Shown piece by piece: positions 18,826-30,669 of a stretch of 32,000 nt of DNA. Position 1 is the stretch's first letter, and each line of letters opens with the position of its first letter. Source of the stretch: Pyrodictium delaneyi (lineage in GTDB: Archaea > Thermoproteota > Thermoprotei_A > Sulfolobales > Pyrodictiaceae); assembly GCF_001412615.1 (NCBI RefSeq), contig NZ_CP013011.1:510001-542000 (forward strand), given 5' to 3'. The position numbers and the translations under genes are program-made. A model generated the notes under the pieces. It was given only the letters and a program-made list of their open reading frames with translations. It did not search any database and was not told the origin of the DNA.

Positions 18826-19233
18826 CTATTTCTGGCCACCGCGTACACGCATTATCATGTACTTACCCATTACGACCCAGTACTCTACCTCTACACCGGG
18901 CTGCAGCTTCGCGCGGAGGTCTTCATCGCTAGGCTTCTCTACCTCGAATGTCTCAAACGTTTCCATATCCATTATCTGTACCATATCACCCATGTCGGCT
19001 ATTACCTGACCTACACGCTTATCGATTATTGGTACCTCTACACGTGCGTCTACGGGTGCTGTTAGAGTCTTCTTGTTGCCCGAGAAGAGACATACAGCTA
19101 CTACATGGGCCTTAGCACTACCATGCTTACCTGTCTTGGCGCGGCTCATCTCAACTATCCTACAAGGCTCACCATCGATAACTATGTAGCTGCCAACGCG
19201 TAGCTCGCCTAGAGTCGCATAGGTTACGCTCAT
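18826..19233 (-). CDS. eif5a: translation initiation/elongation factor aIF5A
   Basis: 135 aa with the hypusination loop [15 protein letters not shown] and a typical N-terminus [18 protein letters not shown]. Confidence 0.93.
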   Translation of the reverse strand: MSVTYATLGELRVGSYIVIDGEPCRIVEMSRAKTGKHGSAKAHVVAVCLFSGNKKTLTAPVDARVEVPIIDKRVGQVIADMGDMVQIMDMETFETFEVEKPSDEDLRAKLQPGVEVEYWVVMGKYMIMRVRGGQK

Positions 19234-19270
19234 ACCACTCTACCCCAGACTCAGCGCCTGTGCCTACCCA

Positions 19271-19281
19271 ACTTTATAGCC
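19271..19281 (-). promoter_or_regulatory. aIF5A promoter TATA box
   Basis: The minus strand reads GGCTATAAAGT about 40 nt upstream of ATG 19233, in the region divergent from the tRNA-Asp promoter. Confidence 0.45.
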
Positions 19282-19314
19282 TTAGCTTTCCCGACCCTAC
19301 AGCCATGATAGCAA

Positions 19315-19324
19315 CTTATTTAAA
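19315..19324 (+). promoter_or_regulatory. tRNA-Asp promoter TATA box
   Basis: CTTATTTAAA is centred about 37 nt upstream of the tRNA 5' end. Confidence 0.5.
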
Positions 19325-19356
19325 CCGGCTAGAGTAGGGTGTGCCTCCCACATGGT

Positions 19357-19434
19357 GCCGCGGTAGTATAGCCTGGCCCAGTATGCGGGCCTGTCAAGCC
19401 CGTGACCCGGGTTCAAATCCCGGCCGCGGCGCCA
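19357..19434 (+). tRNA. tRNA-Asp (anticodon GTC), 78 nt, CCA encoded, no intron
   Basis: Hand-folded cloverleaf. Acceptor GCCGCGG/CCGCGGC, anticodon stem CGGGC/GCCCG with loop CTGTCAA, T arm CCGGG-TTCAAAT-CCCGG, discriminator G then CCA. Confidence 0.9.
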
Positions 19435-19829
19435 TCTATAAACTCGGATATAGCCCGCGGCGTACCGCGGCACCTCTTTCCTCACCTGCTTATCTACTTG
19501 ACCTACCTTGTACGTCTCCTCCTCTACCTCATATACTCTATACATCATGTTGTAGTCATGAAGCATGAACAAGTCTGCAATTAGTATCGTAAATGTTCAG
19601 CGGGTAACTCTATGGTGTTGCTCGGGGAGTGGCAGGCAAGAGGTGCCGAGCAAAACCTGCTGTCCATTAGCCTCTATGAATCCCACTCTTCTACATTATC
19701 AGTCATGTAGCTACATGCCTAAGGAATTGTTAAAAAGGACAACATCAGGGTAACCGTGCGCCGCTCATTCTTTAGCTGTAAGAGGAGGAGATAATCTCCT
19801 GGCGCCTAGCCTTTGAGGGGGTTCAAACC

Positions 19830-20381
19830 ATGACCAGACATGTTGTGGATGGGCTAGTCGAAGATCATGACCATATACTCCAGGCTCTCGACCTCTTCGT
19901 GGAGTCCGTGAATCTGCTTGAGCAGGGAAGACTTAGCCCCGACGTTGTGGAGGGCTTGATAGACTTTCTCTCAAACTTCGCTGATCAGTGCCATCACGGT
20001 AAGGAAGAGCTGGTTCTCTTCCCGGTTCTTGAAAAGCGCGGCATACCACTCCATGGCGGCCCGATAGGCGTCATGGTGTGCGAGCATGGTATTGGAAGAT
20101 ACCTATTGCGCAATGCCAGGGGTGTTCTTGACCGGTTGAGGAGGGGTGAACATAGCGCCATAGAGGATCTAAGGAGGTATGCTGAATCGTATAGAGAGTT
20201 GCTTATCCAGCACATAGACAAGGAGAATAACGTACTCTTCCCTATGGCTAAGCAGGTTATCGCCGAAGGCGAGCTAGTAGAGGAAGCTGAGGAGGTAGAG
20301 AAAGGACACAGACACGAAGAGATGCTTAGGAAGCTAGATGAGCTACGGAGGATCATTGAGGCGGCCAGATCGAATGGCTGA
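19830..20381 (+). CDS. hemerythrin-like (HHE cation-binding) domain protein
   Basis: 183 aa with EDHDHIL, QCHHGKEELVLFPVLE, CEHG and QHIDKENNVLFPM, the diiron His/Glu ligand pattern of hemerythrin-like domains. ATG is preceded by GAGGGGG. Confidence 0.8.
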   Translation: MTRHVVDGLVEDHDHILQALDLFVESVNLLEQGRLSPDVVEGLIDFLSNFADQCHHGKEELVLFPVLEKRGIPLHGGPIGVMVCEHGIGRYLLRNARGVLDRLRRGEHSAIEDLRRYAESYRELLIQHIDKENNVLFPMAKQVIAEGELVEEAEEVEKGHRHEEMLRKLDELRRIIEAARSNG

Positions 20382-20382
20382 A

Positions 20383-20422
20383 ACGCCCCTATACCGTTGA
20401 TGGGTGTAAGGGGCGTCCTTTG
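20383..20422 (+). terminator. hairpin plus T-containing tract after the hemerythrin-like gene
   Basis: ACGCCCCT (20383-20390) pairs with AGGGGCGT (20409-20416) across an 18-nt loop, followed by CCTTTG. It starts 2 nt after the TGA stop. Archaeal termination normally needs only oligo-T, so the function is uncertain. Confidence 0.3.
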
Positions 20423-20534
20423 CCGCTATATGCCTTCTTTGGGCTATCCTAAGCTGCTAGGCTTATCAGCACACTTCACCAGGACTACGTCATCAGCGTA
20501 GTTTGCCTCGAAACTGTAGAGGATGCCTAGACCC

Positions 20535-21197
20535 CTAGAATACAGTATTATGGGTAGCCCGAATTCCGGCGAGTAGGTCACGGTAACTATGTTTCACTTT
20601 CACCTCTAGGAGGCCACGTATCTTCGCGCCATAGTCTGGGAGCAGGACATGACCATGGATGCTGTAGAGCTTGAGGACGTAGCCCTCACGGTCCTGGAAT
20701 CCTTCAAGTAGTTCTATCAGCATCCGAGCCCGCGGCGCCGAATCAACCGTGATGACTGTCTCTCTTGGATGCTCTAGCCCTGTATCCTCGGCTATGCCTC
20801 TTCTCTCTAGGGGGTCCAATGTACGAGAAAGGAGGACTGCCTCCTCTATATTACCTGCATAGGCAGGTGGCCTGGCTGCGTCTACTAGCGCTGCTCGATA
20901 GCAACGCTTATCATTCCTATGAAAACCGCCGGGAGAGAGGCAGCGACCATACACCTCTACGTAGAGAAGGCGGTTACGAGAAGCAGGCAGAGGGTCCGCT
21001 CCTGCCTCGGCTAGGGCCCGGAGGAGCCAGTTTGGCGCTCTACGCCCCGAGCCTGTATAGAAAGCCCCATTATAGACTACTAAGAGGTAGCCGTCCAGCT
21101 TTTCCTCCAGCACGAGAGGCCCCTTGACCCGGAGCCTTCGCCTCTTCACTAAACGCTCGTAGTCTACGAGCCTTACTACTGGGTGGAGCCGCGCCAC
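20535..21197 (-). CDS. stand-alone ATP-dependent ligase-type covalent nucleotidyltransferase domain (RNA/DNA ligase-like)
   Basis: 220 aa with a GTG start. Motif I EEKLDGY, motif III LLYVEVYG, IIIa-like YRAALVDA, motif IV EGYVLK, motif V LLEVKVKH, in the canonical order and spacing. No OB or other accessory domain. Confidence 0.7.
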   Translation of the reverse strand: MARLHPVVRLVDYERLVKRRRLRVKGPLVLEEKLDGYLLVVYNGAFYTGSGRRAPNWLLRALAEAGADPLPASRNRLLYVEVYGRCLSPGGFHRNDKRCYRAALVDAARPPAYAGNIEEAVLLSRTLDPLERRGIAEDTGLEHPRETVITVDSAPRARMLIELLEGFQDREGYVLKLYSIHGHVLLPDYGAKIRGLLEVKVKHSYRDLLAGIRATHNTVF

Positions 21198-21230
21198 ACC
21201 TCTCCCCCAGAGCCTAAGAAGAGAGTACTT

Positions 21231-21995
21231 CTATCCCGTTAACCCCCTATAGACCATGTAGAGGCCCATAGCCAGGTAGTATAGGGCTGCTATCAGTCTT
21301 AGCGTCTTAGCCCTCACCCTGAGAAGCAGTCTCGCAGAGACCGTCGCGCCGGTATATGTGCCGACAAGTAGTAGCAGCGATAGCATGGGGTCTACGCGGC
21401 CAGCCAGGGCATGGCCGACTACTCCCGTGAGCGCAGTTATGCCTACCATGAGCTTGCTCGTGGCAACGGCCGCGTGGACGCTAAAGCCCAGCACAAGGAC
21501 TAGCAAGGGGACTTTCAGTACGCCGCCCCCAACCCCGAAGACAGCCGAGACTAGTCCAGCCACGAGGGAGACGAGCCAGCCTAGGGCTAGCCTCCAGACC
21601 GGTATATCCGACAATCTCTCCCAGCCTTGTCCCGCACTGAGCCTCTTGAGGGCCGTGAACCCTACAGCCGACACAAGGAGTATTAGGCCAAGCAGGAGGG
21701 TGAGTAGGCGGCTCTCGAGTCTACCTAGGATCTCTACACCGACGACTGCCCCGGTTATAGAGGCCGATTCGAGGAACACCGCCATCCGGGGGTCTACGAG
21801 CCCGCGGCTGTGGAGGCGGCGGAGCCCGCCGAGGCTAGTACCCAGTATAGCTACTAGGCTAGCTGGCACCGCCCTCTTGATATCTACGCCGAGGAGGACC
21901 AGCAACGGCACCATTATACTGCCGCCGCCGATCCCCAGGAGGGTCCCGAGAAAACCCGCCGCGAATCCTATCGCTAGTGGCTCTACCGGGTTCAA
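21231..21995 (-). CDS. TauE/SafE (TSUP, DUF81) family anion permease
   Basis: 254 aa with about 8 TM segments. GFAAGFLGTLLGIGGGSIMVPLL and the repeated VFGVGGGVLKVPLL are typical of the family. TTG start 6 nt after the AOR stop. Confidence 0.82.
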   Translation of the reverse strand: MNPVEPLAIGFAAGFLGTLLGIGGGSIMVPLLVLLGVDIKRAVPASLVAILGTSLGGLRRLHSRGLVDPRMAVFLESASITGAVVGVEILGRLESRLLTLLLGLILLVSAVGFTALKRLSAGQGWERLSDIPVWRLALGWLVSLVAGLVSAVFGVGGGVLKVPLLVLVLGFSVHAAVATSKLMVGITALTGVVGHALAGRVDPMLSLLLLVGTYTGATVSARLLLRVRAKTLRLIAALYYLAMGLYMVYRGLTG

Positions 21996-22001
21996 CAGCG
22001 C

Positions 22002-23969
22002 CTAGCCTCCAGCTTCCTCGCCGCCAAGGCCTAGTAGGCCCCACAGCTTTTCACGGAACCGGCTCCACCACTCTCGAGCTGATGCAGGATCCTCGGCTAT
22101 CCGAGGACCCCACTCGCGGTCGCCAAGCTCCAGCGCGATACCCGCGATCATGTCTACCGTCTTTCTACTCTCCCAGGGCCTGGGCTCCGCGCCTGCCAGG
22201 ATCTGGTACCTAACTATAACACGGAGCGTCTCGAGCGCGTGCTTACGGAGATCCACCTCTAGACCTAGTAGCTCATGGTAGAGGTGCTCAAGGAGCCTCT
22301 CGACCCAGCGTCGGTGGAACCTGCAGAACCCCGCGTTGTCGACCAGATACTCAGCTATCATCCTGTCGAGAACTGCTTCTGCCAGCTCCTCGGGCGAGGC
22401 AAAGCTCGGGCTATAGACTGTCCAGTACCTACCAGGGACAGGTACCGGTGCTACAAGGCCCGGACTCCAGTAGAGGTTCGGCGTCATGTAGCCCTGCCCG
22501 CCGTAGGCGGAGTAGACTGCCACGTCTTGGTAGCCTGTCCGGTACATGTAGACCCTGCCACTATACCGGAGGTTAAGCACGTGTGCTGCCGCACGGAGCC
22601 CTCGCGTCGCTATGAGCGAGAGAAGCCAGCCACGCTGCTCCACGAGGCCCTCAAGGATTCTACGGGCTGCCTCGGCGTTAGCCCTGCTATCGTGCTCTAC
22701 CCGGTATACGAGTGGATCAAATACAGGGCGCCCCTGGAGCCCGAGATCACTGGGACTCAGCATACCGCGCTGCAGAAGGTCGAAAAGCCATGCCACTATA
22801 TGGCCAGCTTCGATGGCGTCGATTCCTAGCTCGTCTGCCAGCTCTACTAGGCTCGCCATATCCTCGGCTCTGAGCACGCCAGAGAACGGGCCGAGAGCGT
22901 TAGAGGGCTCATAGTCTATCTTCACGCCTCTCCACAGCTTCTTACATGCTGCCGGGCACGGCTCACCACACGTCCTCCAGGGCTTGGCGCCAGGCTGCTC
23001 GAAGACGTCGCGCTGCACAGGCCTCCATAGCTCCTCAAGCACCATGTCGACTAGCTTGCTACGAGCAGCCTTAGAGAGGTATACCGTGTTGAAACCGAAG
23101 AAGGGAAGAAGATCCCGGTAATGGACATAGTTTACGCCAAACGTACCCCCTGTGCCGAGCCGAGGATCGTACCTGTACTTCACCGTAGCCTGTTCCACCG
23201 CTCCAATGTAGCTCTTGCCCATCACACGGCGAGAGAGTTCATCAAGGAGCCTTGTATCGCGTAGCCGGGGGTTATCCCGGGACATGTCGTATTCGCCGCC
23301 GTACACTATAGCAGCAACGCCATGGCCTTGTAGCAGGACACTTCCCGCGCCGCCCCGGCTAGCAGAGTCCACTACTCCTCCAGGCCGGCCATGCTCGACG
23401 TCGAAGCTGAACACCCCGGCCATTATCGTCCGAGCTGCCGCCGGCCCTACCACCAGGACGCCAGCCCGGGGGAGCTCCTTGCCGTACTGCTCTAGCAGGT
23501 AGGCTGCGAGCGCTCGGGTCCCACGGAAGCCCTTGTAGCCCCTCCATATGGTCCAGAGGGTTTCCCACCCGATCTCCTCGACTCGCGCCTCTACAGAGCC
23601 CCCAGCTTTACCCTTGACCACTATGACCACAGGCTCTTCGCGCCACCCCTCGACCACTATACCGTGGACGCCTGTTGCTATGAAGCGGTAGCAGACACCA
23701 CCCACCGTGCTTACATGGAGCCCGCGGGTGACAGGGCTACGGAACACTAGCGCCATCCTATGGGCCCCGAACACCCGGCCGCCCGCAAAGGGGCCGCAGC
23801 CTGCTACAACTAGGTTCCGGGGCGAGAACACTGGGTAGCCGTAGCTCCCGGCCTCCATATGCAGCTTTACGCCATAGTCCACAGGGCCGAGCACACCTGG
23901 CATACTAGCCTCAACGAGCCTCGCGGATCCCGAGGCCACGTCCACGCGGAGAAACCGTAGCACCGTCAA
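22002..23969 (-). CDS. aldehyde:ferredoxin oxidoreductase (tungstopterin AOR) family protein, divergent
   Basis: 655 aa. AOR-type N-terminus (LRVDVASGS...GPFAGG...FRSPVTRG), a pterin-loop-like DSASRGGAGSVLLQGHGVAAIVYGG, a Cys cluster TCGEPCPAAC, and a distal DNAGFCRF. Confidence 0.75.
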   Translation of the reverse strand: MTVLRFLRVDVASGSARLVEASMPGVLGPVDYGVKLHMEAGSYGYPVFSPRNLVVAGCGPFAGGRVFGAHRMALVFRSPVTRGLHVSTVGGVCYRFIATGVHGIVVEGWREEPVVIVVKGKAGGSVEARVEEIGWETLWTIWRGYKGFRGTRALAAYLLEQYGKELPRAGVLVVGPAAARTIMAGVFSFDVEHGRPGGVVDSASRGGAGSVLLQGHGVAAIVYGGEYDMSRDNPRLRDTRLLDELSRRVMGKSYIGAVEQATVKYRYDPRLGTGGTFGVNYVHYRDLLPFFGFNTVYLSKAARSKLVDMVLEELWRPVQRDVFEQPGAKPWRTCGEPCPAACKKLWRGVKIDYEPSNALGPFSGVLRAEDMASLVELADELGIDAIEAGHIVAWLFDLLQRGMLSPSDLGLQGRPVFDPLVYRVEHDSRANAEAARRILEGLVEQRGWLLSLIATRGLRAAAHVLNLRYSGRVYMYRTGYQDVAVYSAYGGQGYMTPNLYWSPGLVAPVPVPGRYWTVYSPSFASPEELAEAVLDRMIAEYLVDNAGFCRFHRRWVERLLEHLYHELLGLEVDLRKHALETLRVIVRYQILAGAEPRPWESRKTVDMIAGIALELGDREWGPRIAEDPASAREWWSRFREKLWGLLGLGGEEAGG

Positions 23970-24041
23970 GGCTGCAAGCGCCCCGCAGAGACAGTATAGC
24001 AGCCCCCACGCGTAATATCTAGTCCCCGGGAGGCGGGAGCC

Positions 24042-24440
24042 GTGCCCTCGATCCGCGCACGGGATCTAATCCGGGACACACACCCCGTCTACGCGAGCCC
24101 CGAGACAAGCATAAGGGAGGCCGCAAGGCTCATGGCCGAGCATAATGTCGGCAGCATACCTGTAGTGGACAGGGAAGGTAGGCTCGTAGGGATATTCACT
24201 GAGCGCGACCTCACACGACTAGTAGCCAGAGGCGAGAGCCTAGAAAAGCCGCTAAAGGAGGCTATGACCCCGAATCCTGTTACAGCACACCCCGACGATC
24301 CCCTCCCGCTCTTGGCCTACAAGATGATGGAACACAACATACGCCACATCCCGGTTGTAGACGAGCACGGCAAACTGCTAGGAGTGGTGAGCATACGCCG
24401 CGTACTACGCCACATGCTACCCCGAGAGGAGTGGCCCTAG
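24042..24440 (+). CDS. CBS domain pair protein
   Basis: 132 aa with two CBS repeats (HNVGSIPVVDREGRLVGIFTERDL and HNIRHIPVVDEHGKLLGVVSIRRVL). GTG start, divergent from the AOR gene. Confidence 0.88.
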   Translation: MPSIRARDLIRDTHPVYASPETSIREAARLMAEHNVGSIPVVDREGRLVGIFTERDLTRLVARGESLEKPLKEAMTPNPVTAHPDDPLPLLAYKMMEHNIRHIPVVDEHGKLLGVVSIRRVLRHMLPREEWP

Positions 24441-24458
24441 CAGAGGGAAGGGAACCCT

Positions 24459-24815
24459 CTAGCACACCTCCCTATCAAGCCACACAGCCACATAGCCACC
24501 AGAAAACCCGCCACGCTGCCTCCTCTTCTCGTCAGCAGCCCTCAGAGCGTCCTCCAGCGCCAGCCCTCTCAAACGGAGCCATTCACGCAGAGCCTCCAGG
24601 AGGTCGGCAGCCTCCTCTAGAGACCCTGACTCAGCCAGCTCCATCGCCTCCTCCACGATCTTAGCCCGTAGCAGCGCCTCGAGCTCCCCGCCAGAGACAC
24701 GGTAAACCGCCACACCCTCCTGGCTCTCAAGCTCCCGGCCTATACCGTTGCGGACAAGCTTCCAGCACACCAAGCCTCCACCAGCCCCACAGCAGAGGAG
24801 ACTAGCGCAGTACAA
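24459..24815 (-). CDS. MazG-like nucleotide pyrophosphohydrolase (small all-alpha NTP-PPase)
   Basis: KLVRNGI... followed by the EExxE helix pattern KIVEEAMELAE...LEEAADLLEAL and ...KRRQRGGF. The Cys/Gly-rich first 15 codons look non-native. GTG at 24770-24768, just after GGTGGAGG, is a more plausible start (about 103 aa) and removes the overlap with the upstream gene. Confidence 0.65.
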   Translation of the reverse strand: MYCASLLCCGAGGGLVCWKLVRNGIGRELESQEGVAVYRVSGGELEALLRAKIVEEAMELAESGSLEEAADLLEALREWLRLRGLALEDALRAADEKRRQRGGFSGGYVAVWLDREVC

Positions 24816-25305
24816 CCGGGGCAGAGAGGAAGATGCTACCCTGCCCTGTATAGAGCTTCACCTTAACCACTACCTGACCCGGGAGCCTTGACGCAATCTC
24901 GTCCGGAATCACTATGAAAACGTACCCCCTACTTCCATGAGGTAGTACAACCCCGCCAGGCACAACCGTTACCCCATCGGCGATACATGTATCACCGCTA
25001 AACCTAGCATTCTCGAGCACCTTCTCTACATCATACCAGCCAAATCCTACAATCTCAACCTTATAAATGAGCACATCATGCAGACCCTCGTTAAAGTACT
25101 GCAGCGCGATCACAGCAACACTAGTCCCATTAGGGAGACTACACCACGTAACCTTAGTGTCAGCACCTATACGCACTATCTCGACACTACTAAACCCCAT
25201 GTTGCCCCATGTAGTCTGCACCAGACTGAGAACCGCAAATACCGCAGCAACACCCACCGCAGCAAGTATGAGCACCGGAATTAGTTCGTGAACGCCTCCA
25301 CGCAT
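24802..25305 (-). CDS. signal-anchor protein, possibly type IV pilin-like (class III signal peptide)
   Basis: 167 aa. Short charged N-terminus MRGGVHE, then a hydrophobic helix LIPVLILAAVGVAAVFAVLSLV and a beta-rich remainder. A TATA-like GCATATATAGC lies about 45 nt upstream. Confidence 0.6.
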   Translation of the reverse strand: MRGGVHELIPVLILAAVGVAAVFAVLSLVQTTWGNMGFSSVEIVRIGADTKVTWCSLPNGTSVAVIALQYFNEGLHDVLIYKVEIVGFGWYDVEKVLENARFSGDTCIADGVTVVPGGVVLPHGSRGYVFIVIPDEIASRLPGQVVVKVKLYTGQGSIFLSAPVVLR

Positions 25306-25668
25306 CTAGGCAAGCCCCAACCAGAATTACAGGCGTCAAACCCCGCTATATATGCAACAGAGCATGCAGAACACAAACTATAGACACCCAAGGAAGAACA
25401 GCAGAGAACACCGCAACACTTGGCTAGCAAGAGCAACATTAGCTAGCCCAGCAGATAAGATACGCCGAGCAGTAGGACTAACACCAGGAGGAATTATCGG
25501 TTGAACAGAACCAGCTCTACCAGCAGCAACAATGGGACGCGCCACGCAGTCAGAGACGGGGGCCCAGACCCCGCAGGTAGAGCCCAGGAGCCCTAGGCCC
25601 CGGGCCCTGGACCCCTTGGCGGGCCACGCAGCCCTATACCCAGCGTGGCCCGCCCCTGGGCGAGAAGC

Positions 25669-28769
<3,101 letters not shown>

Positions 28770-28907
28770 GACCCGCCCAGGGCGGGGTCCAGGGCCCGGT
28801 TTGGCCGGCCCCTGGGCCCTACCCCCGCCCACCGAGCCCGTCTGGGCCCCCGGGCCCGGGATAGCAGGGCAACCGGTAGTGGCCCGTTGCGGGCCCCTTG
28901 CAGCCAC
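28770..28907 (-). other. 16S-23S internal transcribed spacer, about 138 nt, no tRNA
   Basis: Too short and lacks any cloverleaf. It carries the 3' strand of the 16S processing stem and the 5' strand of the 23S processing stem. Confidence 0.85.
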
Positions 28908-30404
<1,497 letters not shown>

Positions 30405-30630
30405 CACGGCCGCAAGGCGGGCCCGTGGCCGGGCCACCCCGGTGCCGCCCTGCTATCCCGGATGCCCGGGGTTTAGCCCCGGGCCCGGTGGGCGGGCGGG
30501 GTCTGGGCCCCCGTCGGGCCCAAGCGTCCCAGGGGTACGGCCCCCGGGTTTGCTTGGGCCCCCATTGTTACCGCGTGATCGTCCCCGGCGGCCCCGCCGG
30601 GTTGTCTCCCCGGCGGGGCTCGCCGTGTTT
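30405..30630 (-). other. rRNA operon 5' leader (external transcribed spacer) with processing-stem strand and leader hairpins
   Basis: GC-rich. It contains GCCCTGCTATCCCGG (30447-30461), the reverse complement of ITS 28856-28870, and hairpins such as GCCCCGCCGGG-gagacaa-CCCGGCGGGGC. The 5' limit is inferred from the TATA position. Confidence 0.6.
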
Positions 30631-30652
30631 GAGGGCTTACCGCACTCGGAGA

Positions 30653-30669
30653 GAATATAAGTATTTCGG
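30653..30669 (-). promoter_or_regulatory. rRNA operon promoter (BRE plus TATA box)
   Basis: The minus strand reads CGAAATACTTATATTC, a purine-rich BRE-like element followed by TATA, about 250 nt upstream of the 16S 5' end at the sharp AT-rich to GC-rich transition. Confidence 0.55.

Noticed and set aside
19341-19584. Plus-strand ORFs 19341..19568 and 19402..19584
   Set aside because: They run through the tRNA-Asp gene and the CT-rich flank, with no coding-like composition.
19812-19827. GAGGGGGTTCAAACC resembling the tRNA-Asp T arm (GGGTTCAAATCC), considered as a possible attR-type repeat
   Set aside because: Only about 9-11 nt match and the match does not extend into the acceptor stem. The G-rich part is better explained as the Shine-Dalgarno sequence of the hemerythrin-like gene.
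21358-22005. 215-aa plus-strand ORF
   Set aside because: It is fully antisense to the well-supported TauE/SafE permease gene. Its product is Ser/Thr/Pro/Arg-rich and non-globular, so it is a GC-rich shadow ORF.
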